A stretch of 64,000 bases of DNA from Euprymna scolopes. Taxonomy: Eukaryota. Location: the NCBI GenBank assembly GCA_053919585.1, contig CM132787.1. The stretch is one strand, 5' to 3'. Positions 26,701 to 40,859 of the stretch are shown here, piece after piece; position 1 is the first letter of the stretch, and each line of letters starts with the position of its first letter. The translations under genes and the position numbers were made by a program. Below the pieces are notes generated by a model. The model was not told the DNA's origin. It ran no database searches and was given only the letters and a program-made list of their open reading frames with translations.

Positions 26701-29700
26701 AAACCGTCTCTTGTTAATCGCCGACATATTTAAAAGAATTTTTAAAATATATGTATCTTTCTTGTCATTCCATTCTTTGAAACCATCTCTTGTTAATCGC
26801 CGACATATTTAACAGATTTTAAAATATATGTATCTTTCTTGTCATTCCATTCTTTGAAACCGTCTCTTGTTAATTGCCGACATATTTAACAGATTTTTAA
26901 AATATATGTATCTTTCTTGTCATTCCATTCTTTGAAACCGTCTCTTGTTAATCGCCGACATATTTAACAGATTTTTAAAATATATGTATCTTTCTTGTCA
27001 TTCCATTCTTTGAAACCGTCTCTTGTTAATCGCCGACATATTTAACAGATTTTTAAAATATATGTATCTTTCTTGTCATTCCATTCTTTGAAACCATCTC
27101 TTGTTAATCGCCGACATATTTAACAGATTTTAAAATATATGTATCTTTCTTGTCATTCCATTCTTTGAAACCGTCTCTTGTTAATTGCCGACATATTTAA
27201 CAGATTTTTAAAATATATGTATCTTTCTTGTCATTCCATTCTTTGAAACCGTCTCTTGTTAATCGCCGACATATTTAACAGATTTTTAAAATATATGTAT
27301 CTTTCTTGTAATTCCATTCTTTGAAACCGTCTCTTGTTAATCGCCGACATATTTAACAGATTTTTAAAATATATGTATCTTTCTTGTCATTCCATTCTTT
27401 GAAACCGTCTCTTGTTAATCGCCGACATATTTAACAGATTTTTAAAATATATGTATCTTTCTTGTCATTCCATTCTTTGAAACCATCTCTTGTTAATTGC
27501 CGACATATTTAACAGATTTTTAAAATATATGTATCTTTCTTGTCATTCCATTCTTTGAAACCATCTCTTGTTAATCACCGACATATTTAACAGATTTTAA
27601 AATATATGTATCTTTCTTGTCATTCCATTCTTTGAAACCGTCTCTTGTTAATCGCCGACATATTTAACAGATTTTTAAAATATATGTATCTTTCTTGTCA
27701 TTCCATTCTTTGAAACCATCTCTTGTTAATTGCCGACATATTTAACAGATTTTTAAAATATATGTATCTTTCTTGTCATTCCATTCTTTGAAACCGTCTC
27801 TTGTTAATCGCCGACATATTTAACAGATTTTTAAAATATATGTATCTTTCTTGTCATTCCATTCTTTGAAACCGTCTCTTGTTAATCGCCGACATATTTA
27901 ACAGATTTTTAAAATATATGTATCTTTCTTGTCATTCGATTCTTTGAAACCATCTCTTGTTAATCGCCGACATATTTAACAGATTTTTTAAAATATATGT
28001 ATCTTTCTTGTCATTCCATTCTTTGAAACCATCTCTTGTTAAATGCCGACATATTTAACAGATTTTTAAAATATATGTATCTTTCTTGTTATTCCATTCT
28101 TTGAAACCATCTCTTGTTAATCGCCGACATATTTAACAGATTTTTAAAATATATGTATCTTTCTTGTCACTCCATTCTTTGAAACCGTCTCTTGTTAATC
28201 GCCGACATATTTAACAGATTTTTAAAATATATGTATCTTTCTTGTCATTCCATTCTTTGAAACCATCTCTTGTTAATCGCCGACATATTTAACAGATTTT
28301 TAAAATATATGTATCTTTCTTGTCATTCCATTCTTTGAAACCATCTCTTGTTAATTGCCGACATATTTAACAGATTTTTAAAATATATGTATCTTTCTTG
28401 TCATTCCATTCTTTGAAACCGTCTCTTGTTAATCGCCGACATATTTAACAGATTTTTAAAATATATGTATCTTTCTTGTCATTCCATTCTTTGAAACCGT
28501 CTCTTGTTAATCGCCGACATATTTAACAGATTTTTAAAATATATGTATCTTTCTTGTCATTCCATTCTTTGAAACCATCTCTTGTTAATCGCCGACATAT
28601 TTAACAGATTTTAAAATATATGTATCTTTCTTGTCATTCCATTCTTTGAAACCGTCTCTTGTTAATCGCCGACATATTTAACAGATTTTTAAAATATATG
28701 TATCTTTCTTGTCATTCCATTCTTTGAAACCGTCTCTTGTTAATTGCCGACATATTTAACAGATTTTTAAAATATATGTATCTTTCTTGTCATTCCATTC
28801 TTTGAAACCATCTCTTGTTAATCGCCGACATATTTAACAGATTTTAAAATATATGTATCTTTCATGTCATTCCATTCTTTGAAACCGTCTCTTGTTAATT
28901 GCCGACATATTTAACAGATTTTTAAAATATATGTATCTTTCTTGTCATTCCATTCTTTGAAACCGTCTCTTGTTAATCGCCGACATATTTAACAGATTTT
29001 AAAATATATGTATCTTTCTTGTCATTCCATTCTTTGAAACCATCTCTTGTTAATCGCCGACATATTTAACAGATTTTTAAAATATATGTATCTTTCATGT
29101 CATTCCATTCTTTGAAACCATCTCTTGTTAATCGCCGACATATTTAACAGATTTTAAAATATATGTATCTTTCTTGTCATTCCATTCTTTGAAACCGTCT
29201 CTTGTTAATCGCCGACATATTTAACAGATTTTAAAATATATGTATCTTTCATGTCATTCCATTCTTTGAAACCGTCTCTTGTTAATTGCCGACATATTTA
29301 ACAGATTTTAAAATATATGTATCTTTCTTGTCATTCTATTCTTTGAAACCATCTCTTGTTAATCGCCGACATATTTAACAGATTTTAAAATATATGTATC
29401 TTTCATGTCATTCCATTCTTTGAAACCGTCTCTTGTTAATCGCCGACATATTTAACAGATTTTAAAATATATGTATCTTTCATGTTATTCCATTCTTTGA
29501 AACCGTCTCTTGTTAATTGCCGACATATTTAACAGATTTTTAAAATATATGTATCTTTCTTGTCATTCGATTCTTTGAAACCATATCTTGTTAATCGCCG
29601 ACATATTTAACAGATTTTTAAAATATATGTATCTTTCTTGTCATTTCATTCTTTGAAACCATCTCTTGTTAATTGCCGACATATTTAACAGATTTTTAAA

Positions 29701-32700
29701 ATATATGTATCTTTCTTGTCATTCCATTCTTTGAAACCATCTCTTGTTTATCGCCGACATATTTAACAGATTTTTAAAATATATGTATCTTTCTTGTCAC
29801 TCCATTCTTTGAAACCGTCTCTTGTTAATCGCCGACATATTTAACAGATTTTTAAAATATATGTATCTTTCTTGTCATTCGATTCTTTGAAACCATCTCT
29901 TGTTAATCGCCGACATATTTAACAGATTTTTAAAATATATGTATCTTTCTTGTCATTCCATTCTTTGAAACCATCTCTTGTTAATTGCCGACATATTTAA
30001 CAGATTTTAAAAATATATGTATCTTTCTTGTCATTCCATTCTTTGAAACCATCTCTGTTAATCGCCGACATATTTAACAGATTTTTAAAATATATGTATC
30101 TTTCTTGTCATTCCATTCTTTGAAACCGTCTCTTGTTAATCGCCGACATATTTAACAGATTTTTAAAATATATGTATCTTTCTTGTCATTCCATTCTTTG
30201 AAACCGTCTCTTGTTAATCGCCGACATATTTAACAGATTTTTAAAATATATGTATCTTTCTTGTCATTCCATTCTTTGAAACCGTCTCTTGTTAATCGCC
30301 GACATATTTAACAGATTTTTAAAATATATGTATCTTTCTTGTCATTCCATTCTTTGAAACCGTCTCTTGTTAATCGCCGACATATTTAACAGATTTTTAA
30401 AATATATGTATCTTTCTTGTCATTCCATTCTTTGAAACCGTCTCTTGTTAATCGCCGACATATTTAACAGATTTTTAAAATATATGTATCTTTCTTGTCA
30501 TTCTATTCTTTGAAACCGTCTCTTGTTAATTGCCGACATATTTAACAGATTTTTAAAATATATGTATCTTTCTTGTCATTCCATTCTTTGAAACCGTCTC
30601 TTGTTAATCGCCGACATATTTAACAGATTTTTAAAATATATGTATCTTTCTTGTCATTCCATTCTTTGAAACCGTCTCTTGTTAATCGCCGACATATTTA
30701 ACAGATTTTTAAAATATATGTATCTTTCTTGTCATTCCATTCTTTGAAACCATCTCTTGTTAATCGCCGACATATTTAACAGATTTTTAAAATATATGTA
30801 TCTTTCTTGTCATTCCATTCTTTGAAACCGTCTCTTGTTAATCGCCGACATATTTAACAGATTTTTAAAATATATGTATCTTTCTTGTCATTCCATTCTT
30901 TGAAACCGTCTCTTGTTAATCGCCGACATATTTAACAGATTTTTAAAATATATGTATCTTTCTTGTCATTCCATTCTTTGAAACCGTCTCTTGTTAATCG
31001 CCGACATATTTAACAGATTTTTAAAATATATGTATCTTTCTTGTCATTCCATTCTTTGAAACCGTCTCTTGTTAATTGCCGACATATTTAACAGATTTTT
31101 AAAATATATGTATCTTTCTTGTCATTCCATTCTTTGAAACCGTCTCTTGTTAATCGCCGACATATTTAACAGATTTTTAAAATATATGTATCTTTCTTGT
31201 CATTCAATTCTTTGAAACCGTCTCTTGTTAATTGCCGACATATTTAACAGATTTTTAAAATATATGTATCTTTCTTGTCATTCCATTCTTTGAAACCGTC
31301 TCTTGTTAATCGCCGACATATTTAACAGATTTTTAAAATATATGTATCTTTCTTGTCATTCCATTCTTTGAAACCATCTCTTGTTAATCGCCGACATATT
31401 TAACAGATTTTAAAATATATGTATCTTTCTTGTCATTCCATTCTTTGAAACCGTCTCTTGTTAATCGCCGACATATTTAACAGATTTTTAAAATATATGT
31501 ATCTTTCTTGTCATTCCATTCTTTGAAACCGTCTCTTGTTAATTGCCGACATATTTAACAGATTTTTAAAATATATGTATCTTTCTTGTCATTCAATTCT
31601 TTGAAACCATCTCTTGTTAATCGCCGACATATTTAACAGATTTTGAAAATATATGTATCTTTCATGTCATTCCATTCTTTGAAACCGTCTCTTGTTAATT
31701 GCCGACATATTTAACAGATTTTTAAAATATATGTATCTTTCTTGTCATTCGATTCTTTGAAACCATCTCTTGTTAATCGCCGACATATTTAACAGATTTT
31801 TAAAATATATGTATCTTTCTTGTCATTCCATTCTTTGAAACCATCTCTTGTTAATTGCCGACATATTTAACAGATTTTTAAAATATATGTATCTTTCTTG
31901 TCATTCCATTCTTTGAAACCATCTCTTGTTAATCGCCGACATATTTAACAGATTTTTAAAATATATGTATCTTTCTTGTCACTCCATTCTTTGAAACCGT
32001 CTCTTGTTAATCGCCGACATATTTAACAGATTTTTAAAATATATGTATCTTTCTTGTCATTCCATTCTTTGAAACCATCTCTTGTTAATCGCCGACATAT
32101 TTAACAGATTTTTAAAATATATGTATCTTTCTTGTCATTCCATTCTTTGAAACCATCTCTTGTTAATTGCCGACATATTTAACAGATTTTAAAAATATAT
32201 GTATCTTTCTTGTCATTCCATTCTTTGAAACCATCTCTTGTTAATCGCCGACATATTTAACAGATTTTTAAAATATATGTATCTTTCTTGTCATTCCATT
32301 CTTTGAAACCGTCTCTTGTTAATCGCCGACATATTTAACAGATTTTTAAAATATATGTATCTTTCTTGTCATTCCATTCTTTGAAACCGTCTCTTGTTAA
32401 TCGCCGACATATTTAACAGATTTTTAAAATATATGTATCTTTCTTGTCATTCCATTCTTTGAAACCGTCTCTTGTTAATCGCCGACATATTTAACAGATT
32501 TTTAAAATATATGTATCTTTCTTGTCATTCCATTCTTTGAAACCGTCTCTTGTTAATCGCCGACATATTTAACAGATTTTTAAAATATATGTATCTTTCT
32601 TGTCATTCCATTCTTTGAAACCGTCTCTTGTTAATTGCCGACATATTTAACAGATTTTTAAAATATATGTATCTTTCTTGTCATTCCATTCTTTGAAACC

Positions 32701-35591
32701 GTCTCTTGTTAATTGCCGACATATTTAACAGATTTTTAAAATATATGTATCTTTCTTGTCATTCCATTCTTTGAAACCGTCTCTTGTTAATTGCCGACAT
32801 ATTTAACAGATTTTTAAAATATATGTATCTTTCTTGTCATTCCATTCTTTGAAACCGTCTCTTGTTAATCGCCGACATATTTAACAGATTTTTAAAATAT
32901 ATGTATCTTTCTTGTCATTCCATTCTTTGAAACCGTCTCTTGTTAATCGCCGACATATTTAACAGATTTTTAAAATATATGTATCTTTCTTGTCATTCCA
33001 TTCTTTGAAACCATCTCTTGTTAATCGCCGACATATTTAACAGATTTTTAAAATATATGTATCTTTCTTGTCATTCCATTCTTTGAAACCGTCTCTTGTT
33101 AATCGCCGACATATTTAACAGATTTTTAAAATATATGTATCTTTCTTGTCATTCCATTCTTTGAAACCGTCTCTTGTTAATCGCCGACATATTTAACAGA
33201 TTTTTAAAATATATGTATCTTTCTTGTCATTCCATTCTTTGAAACCGTCTCTTGTTAATCGCCGACATATTTAACAGATTTTTAAAATATATGTATCTTT
33301 CTTGTCATTCCATTCTTTGAAACCGTCTCTTGTTAATCGCCGACATATTTAACAGATTTTTAAAATATATGTATCTTTCTTGTCATTCCATTCTTTGAAA
33401 CCGTCTCTTGTTAATCGCCGACATATTTAACAGATTTTTAAAATATATGTATCTTTCTTGTCATTCCATTCTTTGAAACCGTCTCTTGTTAATCGCCGAC
33501 ATATTTAACAGATTTTTAAAATATATGTATCTTTCTTGTCATTCCATTCTTTGAAACCGTCTCTTGTTAATTGCCGACATATTTAACAGATTTTTAAAAT
33601 ATATGTATCTTTCTTGTCATTCCATTCTTTGAAACCGTCTCTTGTTAATCGCCGACATATTTAACAGATTTTTAAAATATATGTATCTTTCTTGTCATTC
33701 CATTCTTTGAAACCGTCTCTTGTTAATTGCCGACATATTTAACAGATTTTTAAAATATATGTATCTTTCTTGTCATTCCATTCTTTGAAACCGTCTCTTG
33801 TTAATTGCCGACATATTTAACAGATTTTTAAAATATATGTATCTTTCTTGTCATTCCATTCTTTGAAACCGTCTCTTGTTAATCGCCGACATATTTAACA
33901 GATTTTTAAAATATATGTATCTTTCTTGTCATTCCATTCTTTGAAACCGTCTCTTGTTAATTGCCGACATATTTAACAGATTTTTAAAATATATGTATCT
34001 TTCTTGTCATTCCATTCTTTGAAACCATCTCTTGTTAATTGCCGACATATTTAACAGATTTTTAAAATATATGTATCTTTCTTGTCATTCCATTCTTTGA
34101 AACCATCTCTTATTAATCGCCGACATATTTAACAGATTTTTAAAATATATGTATCTTTCTTGTCATTCCGTTCTTTGAAACCATCTCTTGTTAATTGCCG
34201 ACATATTTAACAGATTTTTAAAATATATGTATCTTTCTTGTCATTCCATTCTTTGAAACCGTCTCTTGTTAATCGCCGACATATTTAACAGATTTTTAAA
34301 ATATATGTATCTTTCTTGTCATTCCATTCTTTGAAACCGTCTCTTGTTAATCGCCGACATATTTAACAGATTTTTAAAATATATGTATCTTTCTTGTCAT
34401 TCCATTCTTTGAAACCGTCTCTTGTTAATCGCCGACATATTTAACAGATTTTTAAAATATATGTATCTTTCTTGTCATTCCATTCTTTGAAACCATCTCT
34501 TGTTAATCGCCGACATATTTAACAGATTTTTAAAATATATGTATCTTTCTTGTCATTCCATTCTTTGAAACCGTCTCTTGTTAATCGCCGACATATTTAA
34601 CAGATTTTTAAAATATATGTATCTTTCTTGTCATTCCATTCTTTGAAACCGTCTCTTGTTAATCGCCGACATATTTAACAGATTTTTAAAATATATGTAT
34701 CTTTCTTGTCATTCCATTCTTTGAAACCATCTCTTGTTAATCGCCGACATATTTAACAGATTTTTAAAATATATGTATCTTTCTTGTCATTCCATTCTTT
34801 GAAACCGTCTCTTGTTAATCGCCGACATATTTAACAGATTTTAAAATATATGTATCTTTCTTGTCATTCCATTCTTTGAAACCGTCTCTTGTTAATCGCC
34901 GACATATTTAACAGATTTTTAAATATATGTATCTTTCTTGTCATTCCATTCTTTGAAACCATCTCTTGTTAATCGCCGACATATTTAACAGATTTTAAAA
35001 TATATGTATCTTTCTTGTCATTCCATTCTTTGAAACCGTCTCTTGTTAATCGCCGACATATTTAACAGATTTTAAAATATATGTATCTTTCTTGTCATTC
35101 CATTCTTTGAAACCGTCTCTTGTTAATCGCCGACATATTTAACAGATTTTAAAATATATGTATCTTTCTTGTCATTCCATTCTTTGAAACCGTCTCTTGT
35201 TAATCGCCGACATATTTAACAGATTTTAAAATATATGTATCTTTCTTGTCATTCCATTCTTTGAAACCGTCTCTTGTTAATCGCCGACATATTTAACAGA
35301 TTTTTAAAATATATGTATCTTTCTTGTCATTCCATTCTTTGAAACCGTCTCTTGTTAATCGCCGACATATTTAACAGATTTTAAAATATATGTATATTTC
35401 TTGTCATTCCATTCTTTGAAACCATCTCTTGTTAATCGCCGACATATTTAACAGATTTTTAAAATATATGTATCTTTCTTGTCATTCCATTCTTTGAAAC
35501 CGTCTCTTGTTAATCGCCGACATATTTAACAGATTTTAAAATATATGTATCTTTCTTGTCATTCCATTCTTTGAAACCGTCTCTTGTTAAT
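11751..35591. repeat. 78-bp tandem satellite, ~305 monomers, with higher-order repeats
   Basis: Consensus GTTAATCGCCGACATATTTAACAGATTTTTAAAATATATGTATCTTTCTTGTCATTCCATTCTTTGAAACCGTCTCTT repeated head to tail; monomers differ by only a few bases; array starts and ends on GTTAAT. Confidence 0.99.
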
Positions 35592-36470
35592 GACCATGGA
35601 ATTCAGTCCTAAAATGATGTGCACATTTCACTGGTTATAATTAGACTTAACATTTAACATGGAGGAAAAAAAACGAAAAAAAACAACATAAAAAACTAAA
35701 TGCAACTGTCTTTGATGCAGGTGTGTATCAACACCAAAAGTCAAGGAGAAAATGCTTTTACCATTAAATTAACATTTTCCTGGAATTTTCTTGTTTTCCA
35801 ATACTGTTAATTTTAATAGGATCATGTCTTCTAATATTTGACAACAAATCTCCAATTTAAAATCCGCGCTAACCAGCGTAATGTGCACATCTATTCTAAA
35901 TAACGTCTTTAAAAAGTACATTGAGATTGCGAGAAAAAAAAAACGGATGAATACACAAAAATGTAATCGCCCAGAAATGGAAGTACGTGTAAAACTCCTT
36001 ACCAGAAGAAGGATACGAAGATAAAATGCTCTTCTCCGGATATTGAGCGCTAAAGCGAATTTCTTTAATGCTTCCCTAGCCTAGAAAGATGTCTCGTTGA
36101 GGTCTGTTTCAACGAAAAACAAACTGAAAATTATTCAGTTTTCTCAATAACAAAGTAGAATTTGTATTAATTGAAAAAAATGAGTAGGTGTGACTTAATA
36201 AAAAAAGAAATTAGCAGCTACAAAAAATTGCATTACGTAACTCTCAAATTAAGAAAATGATTTGTCTTTTAAAAAGTGCTAAATAAATAATAGAATGTTT
36301 AAAACCTTTTAACTATGTTTTTTTTTCTTTTTGTAGTTGTTTATCTTCATTGGATTAGAATATTTGTTGCTTTTAAATAAAAACTTAACCTTCAGTTTAC
36401 TAAACCCACTGATAAAAAAATCGAAATAAGAAAATTGGTTATCAGCAGTAATAACAAAACAACCCTCTGT

Positions 36471-36548
36471 AAAAAAAAAGACCGCCCGTACGCGAACGTC
36501 AAACCAATGCTTAGGAGGTAATCTCCTAACCCACCGGACCACAAAGCT
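36471..36548 (-). other. Degenerate tRNA-like Pol III unit (SINE head or tRNA pseudogene)
   Basis: Minus strand: A-box-like TGGTCCGGTGG, hairpin TTAGGA-GATTACC-TCCTAA, B-box-like CGTTCGCGTAC, then a T9 terminator. Confidence 0.4.
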
Positions 36549-36752
36549 GATCTCGGAATTGATCTGGAAAATGTTTTATTTAAATCAATTTAAAAAATAA
36601 CGCTTGACGCATGCCCAGTCATTTTGAAGTTGTATATTTAAAACAATTTTACTGACACTCTCTGCAAATAAAACTTTGTTTCTATGTAAAATTGATCATT
36701 TTTTCTAATTCTCATACTTTGCGGCCGAGGGACGGCCTTTTCAGATATTACA

Positions 36753-36801
36753 AGTCTCAACCCAGTCTCAACCCGGTTTCAACCCGGTCTCAACCCGGTC
36801 T
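36753..36801. repeat. 11-bp minisatellite (CAACCCGGTCT) x ~4.5
   Basis: agtctcaacccagtctcaacccggtttcaacccggtctcaacccggtct. Confidence 0.85.
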
Positions 36802-36879
36802 GCTGTAGCAGACAAAAGTTCTAGTGAGATATACAAACATACAGACATACAAAGATAAATGATTATTGCTTCATTTTTG

Positions 36880-38060
36880 CAGATGGCAATGTCCTGTCCA
36901 GCAAAAATCCCACCACAACCACCCCGTCCTCAGTTAATCTAACATCGCCACGAAGGTGCCCCTTCAAACCATCAGCAGAATTATATGGCCTAAAGTAAAG
37001 ATGGACCACTCCGTGGTATGTAGTCCCTTTTCTCAGCCATATGCCTCCTCACACTTGCCTGCAACACACAACACAAGTTGTCCCCTCAAATAAGGGTGTC
37101 TTGTGACTTCGTGTGCTTCACATACACAGGTTTGGAAAATCATTCACATACATTTACGCAGATTTCTCTTAAGCTCTAACTGTTCACGGTTCCAATACCT
37201 TGCAACCCTCCGTGACACCCCTCCGACATTCACTCCCATTCTTGGCTATCTTCCATCTCTCAACATTTATGCAAAGCTTCCTAAGATTGTCTTGCAGTCT
37301 CTGAGTGTCCTGTTTGGTATGTCCTGAGAGCGCTTGCCAGTCGCTAGCTCACCATTGAGCAGCTGCTTTGGTAATATACAGTTACCCAACGACAACGTGT
37401 CAAGCCCAGCGCATCTGATTGTTGTTTATCATGCTTCCAATACGTGGCGAACCCTCTCTCTGAAGGACATCAGCGTCTGGAGTCATTGATTCCCATTTTA
37501 TGTTAAGGATCCTCCTTAAGCAGCCCTGATGGAATCTTTAAAGCCATTTTAGTTGGTGTTGATAAATGGTTCACATTTCTGATGAGGGTAATAAGGTGGT
37601 TAGCACACATGTCTGATAAACGGCTACTTTGATTGGATAAGTCACACATCTGTTACGCCATAACCGCTTTTTCCAAAGTCCCGAAAGAAACAGAAGCATT
37701 CTGGATGCGAGCATATTTCTCAAAACCCTTCGAACCATCCCTTGAAAAGGTGCTACCAAGGTAAGCAAATGTGTCAACGACACCTAATCCGGTGCCATCA
37801 ATATAAATGTTAGATTCGCGGAGCACCCATTGGTGGAGTAAACATCACCTTTGTCTTACTCAAGCTTACAGTGAGACAACAGGTCAGCATCATCAACGCG
37901 TACAAGTGTTTAGAATGTTTTTGATTGGGTATTAAATCTCCTCAGATTGAACAGTTTACCAGTGATTCTGAACCTCAAGCGAACGCCAGTTTCACAGAAC
38001 TGAAAAGTATGGGCAAGTACAACCACAAAATATATTGACAAAACTGTAGGGGTCGCTGTC
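36880..38060 (-). mobile_element. 5'-truncated RTE-clade LINE (RT C-terminal half), degenerate
   Basis: Minus-strand translation: RFRITGKLFNLRRF, LTVSLSKTKVMF, FAYLGS, RLWRNR..IKVAVYQTCVLTTLL, LPKQLLNGEL - typical RTE/BovB-like motifs. Confidence 0.85.
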
Positions 38061-38255
38061 AACCGTGATCGTACTTCATTTTACAGAGGGGAGTTTACAT
38101 TTTCGTGTTTTCGTTCGTTCTTTTATTTTTAAAATTTTTGTTGGGATAACGATGGAGTTGACATATGAAAATGAAAAAACTGCACAATATTCTTAGTATA
38201 GCAGGTGTGGCCAAACCGAACTTAATATCGACCTTGGCAATGCTAGCTATCCATG

Positions 38256-38288
<33 letters not shown>

Positions 38289-38294
<6 letters not shown>

Positions 38295-39040
38295 CTGAAC
38301 GCCGGTGTGTGTCTCTGGTCACAAATAGGCTCCTATATGGTTGACTATTATAGAAAACTCATCAAATATAATGATAGAAGATGTATCGACACACAGGAAT
38401 GAGTATGTTTGATCTGGCATAATGATGATTCATTAAAATTGTGAGGTCTACGTTCGCTCCTGGTCCACAAAGTATGGAAATAAAAGAATTAAAAATTTAA
38501 AAAAAAACGTTTACAAGTGTTGTTGATATAGATGTACATAAGAATACTTTGATAAGTATGTTTTAACTTAAATAGGGATGGTATGATAAAATTGTGGGGT
38601 CTGTATTCGCGCCTGGCCCTCATAGAATGGAAATAGGCACACACTTTAATAAATACTTTTCATATCTATCTGCGTAAGTATATTTTCATAATTATGTTTC
38701 AGTTTGAAGTAATATGGTATAATAAAACTATGCGGGTGTTCGTTAGCGCCTTACCTCCATGGAATGGAAATATGTCACAACATTTAACAAGGTTTTTTAA
38801 TATAGATCCACAGAATATTGTGATAGGTGTTTCAGTGTGAACAGGTAAGGTATAATGCATTATGGGGTTTATCTATTTTATTTTTACTTTCATCATATTT
38901 TGCTTTGATTTTGATACCCCCAACTTCGAAGCTATCTCTTTACAACCCTTCCTTTTAATAACCCATCATACTTTCATAAATCAGAGTCCCTTTTCCATAG
39001 GCTGTTTTTGAACCCAGTCAATGACAAGTACATTTGCTAG
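38289..39040 (+). mobile_element. Probable non-autonomous Helitron with internal ~140-bp degenerate tandem subrepeats
   Basis: Starts after (TA)n with ATAAAGCTGAACGCCGGTGTGTG; ends with a degenerate subterminal hairpin (AACCCAGTCAATGACAAGT) and CTAG|T; three copies of 'taaaattgtggggtct...cgcctgg...atggaaata' at ~38430, ~38585, ~38720. Confidence 0.55.
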
Positions 39041-39087
39041 TATATATATACACACACATACACACACACGTATATATATATATATAC

Positions 39088-39316
39088 ATATAGCGTATAA
39101 AACGATGCTCTTTGCGTAAACAAATCGAGCTCAGGTGTTTCTGATGATGTCAAAACATCGTTAATTCTCGAATCGCTCAGCAGCCACTGACTAGCGTAAT
39201 TGTTAGGAGCCTTGACTGTCGTACAGGCTGTCCCGGTTATATTCTTGGCTTGAGGTATTTGCTTGTCTAGCCCTGCTGATGAGCTGTGAAATAGCGAAAC
39301 ATTACTGTATATTGAT

Positions 39317-39355
<39 letters not shown>
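39088..39355 (+). mobile_element. tRNA-headed SINE carrying a type I hammerhead ribozyme (family copy A)
   Basis: A-box TAGCGTAATTG (39192), anticodon-like loop CTGTCGT, B-box-like GGTTATATTC (39235); CTGATGA-GCTGT-GAA-ATAGC-GAAAC-ATTACTGT-A at 39276-39309; flanked by (TA)n; homologous to 53585-53742 and 54701-55070. Confidence 0.75.
39271..39320 (+). ncRNA. Type I hammerhead ribozyme (core intact, stems partly mutated)
   Basis: CUGAUGA core, 5-bp stem II, GAAA, near-palindromic stem III, GUA triplet. Confidence 0.7.
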
Positions 39356-39361
<6 letters not shown>

Positions 39362-40859
39362 TTATGTAGTTACTTTTTTATACAGCATTTTCTAAAGATT
39401 TATTCTAAGATATCGCCATCGAAATTTCTGTCATATTTTCTTTTTCTAGGTTTCTACACGACCGTCGCTCGGCACGAACAGCGTAATTGAAACGCTAATT
39501 CATTTATAATTCGTTAGGACATTTTTCATTGTTGCTTTCCGCGCAGTTCACGATCGAATGCCACGAAAGAAGACCTTCAATGATCGTTGGCATATCACGC
39601 CGTTCGGCAAGTACGTGTCAGGAAGAAATACGTGTGCATTCAATCAAGTTTATTCGTCAGTAAAACTTACACATATGACTGTGCACAGATCCACTGTTCA
39701 TGTTCTATCGCACGTGCAAACAGTAATATATAATAAGAAAATATAAGAGAATATCGATAAGTTGTGATACACGAAATAGTATCGTTATGGATGAAAACAT
39801 ATGCACCTATTTGTTGATGGGGCATTTTGGTAAGTGCAACTCCACCTCGGATTAGCGACAATGCAAGTTCTTTATAAACAAACAGATCACTTTTTGGAGG
39901 TTGGAATTGTTTACATACACGACAAGACCTTTCCCTTTTCAGCAGTGTATATAGGTGGATATCCTCATAATTACTTTATGATAATAAATATATTGATTAT
40001 CATTTTTATTTACAAGTTTATTTCTACTTGTTATTACAATAATTACTATTTCAGTTACTAGTATTTCCCACAACGATTATCACCAGAAAAAGCTCACCGA
40101 TAACAACCAGTGGTGTTCCCCGGAATCTGAGTGAGAGTAAGTTTCCCCAGATAACCAACACTCTTTACCTTCCCCAACCACACCTGCAAATAAATTTGCG
40201 TTATCTCAACAGTTATTGCCGTTGATTTCTCGCTAGCAATGACCGTTGGTCTTCCCGAAGTCCCAGTCCCTTCCCCACTTGCTCAGTGGGGATTTGTTAC
40301 GTTCTTTCACTACTTAGTCTTTCCATCCTCTTTGAACCGTCAGCTATTTGGGGCAGTACCAGCCAGAGCCGATATCATTATTATCTCACGTGGAGTAGTC
40401 ATACAAGCCATCATCAATCATTGGATACTTTGAGTTTGAATGACAAAAAATGTTTCCCAAATTTCTTGTACTCTCCACTTCTCTCGATTAATATTAAAAT
40501 AAAAGTTACGTTATCGGAACAGCCCTTTATCATTGATCTCTCGCTGGTAGCTATCATTGGTATTCAGAGAAATTTGGGTGGCAATAAGGCTCCCCAATTT
40601 ACTAGTCTTCTTTGCACTCATCAAGCGGAGGTCTGTTTAGTGCTTTCTCTCCTCGATCTTTCTATCCTACTTTACCCTCCTCATTTCTTCGGTGTGGTAA
40701 CAGTCAATTGTGACCTACATACACAAAAGTTCGGCCTGAACGCCTTAAAATTATACCGTTTTAGTTTTAAGCATTTCATGTAATGTTTCTTTGTGTTATA
40801 CATCTCTAGCTGTTTATATATTTCCAGTTCGTGTCTATAGTAAATGTGATAGTCTCTGG

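Noticed and set aside
11751-35591. CRISPR array or ribozyme-containing satellite
   Set aside because: No unique spacers, no cas genes, eukaryotic context; the monomer has no CUGANGA/GAAA hammerhead core on either strand.
39140-39165. Second hammerhead (CTGATGA-TGTCAAAACA) upstream in SINE copy A
   Set aside because: No GAAA or stem III, and the motif is not conserved in the homologous copy at ~54970.
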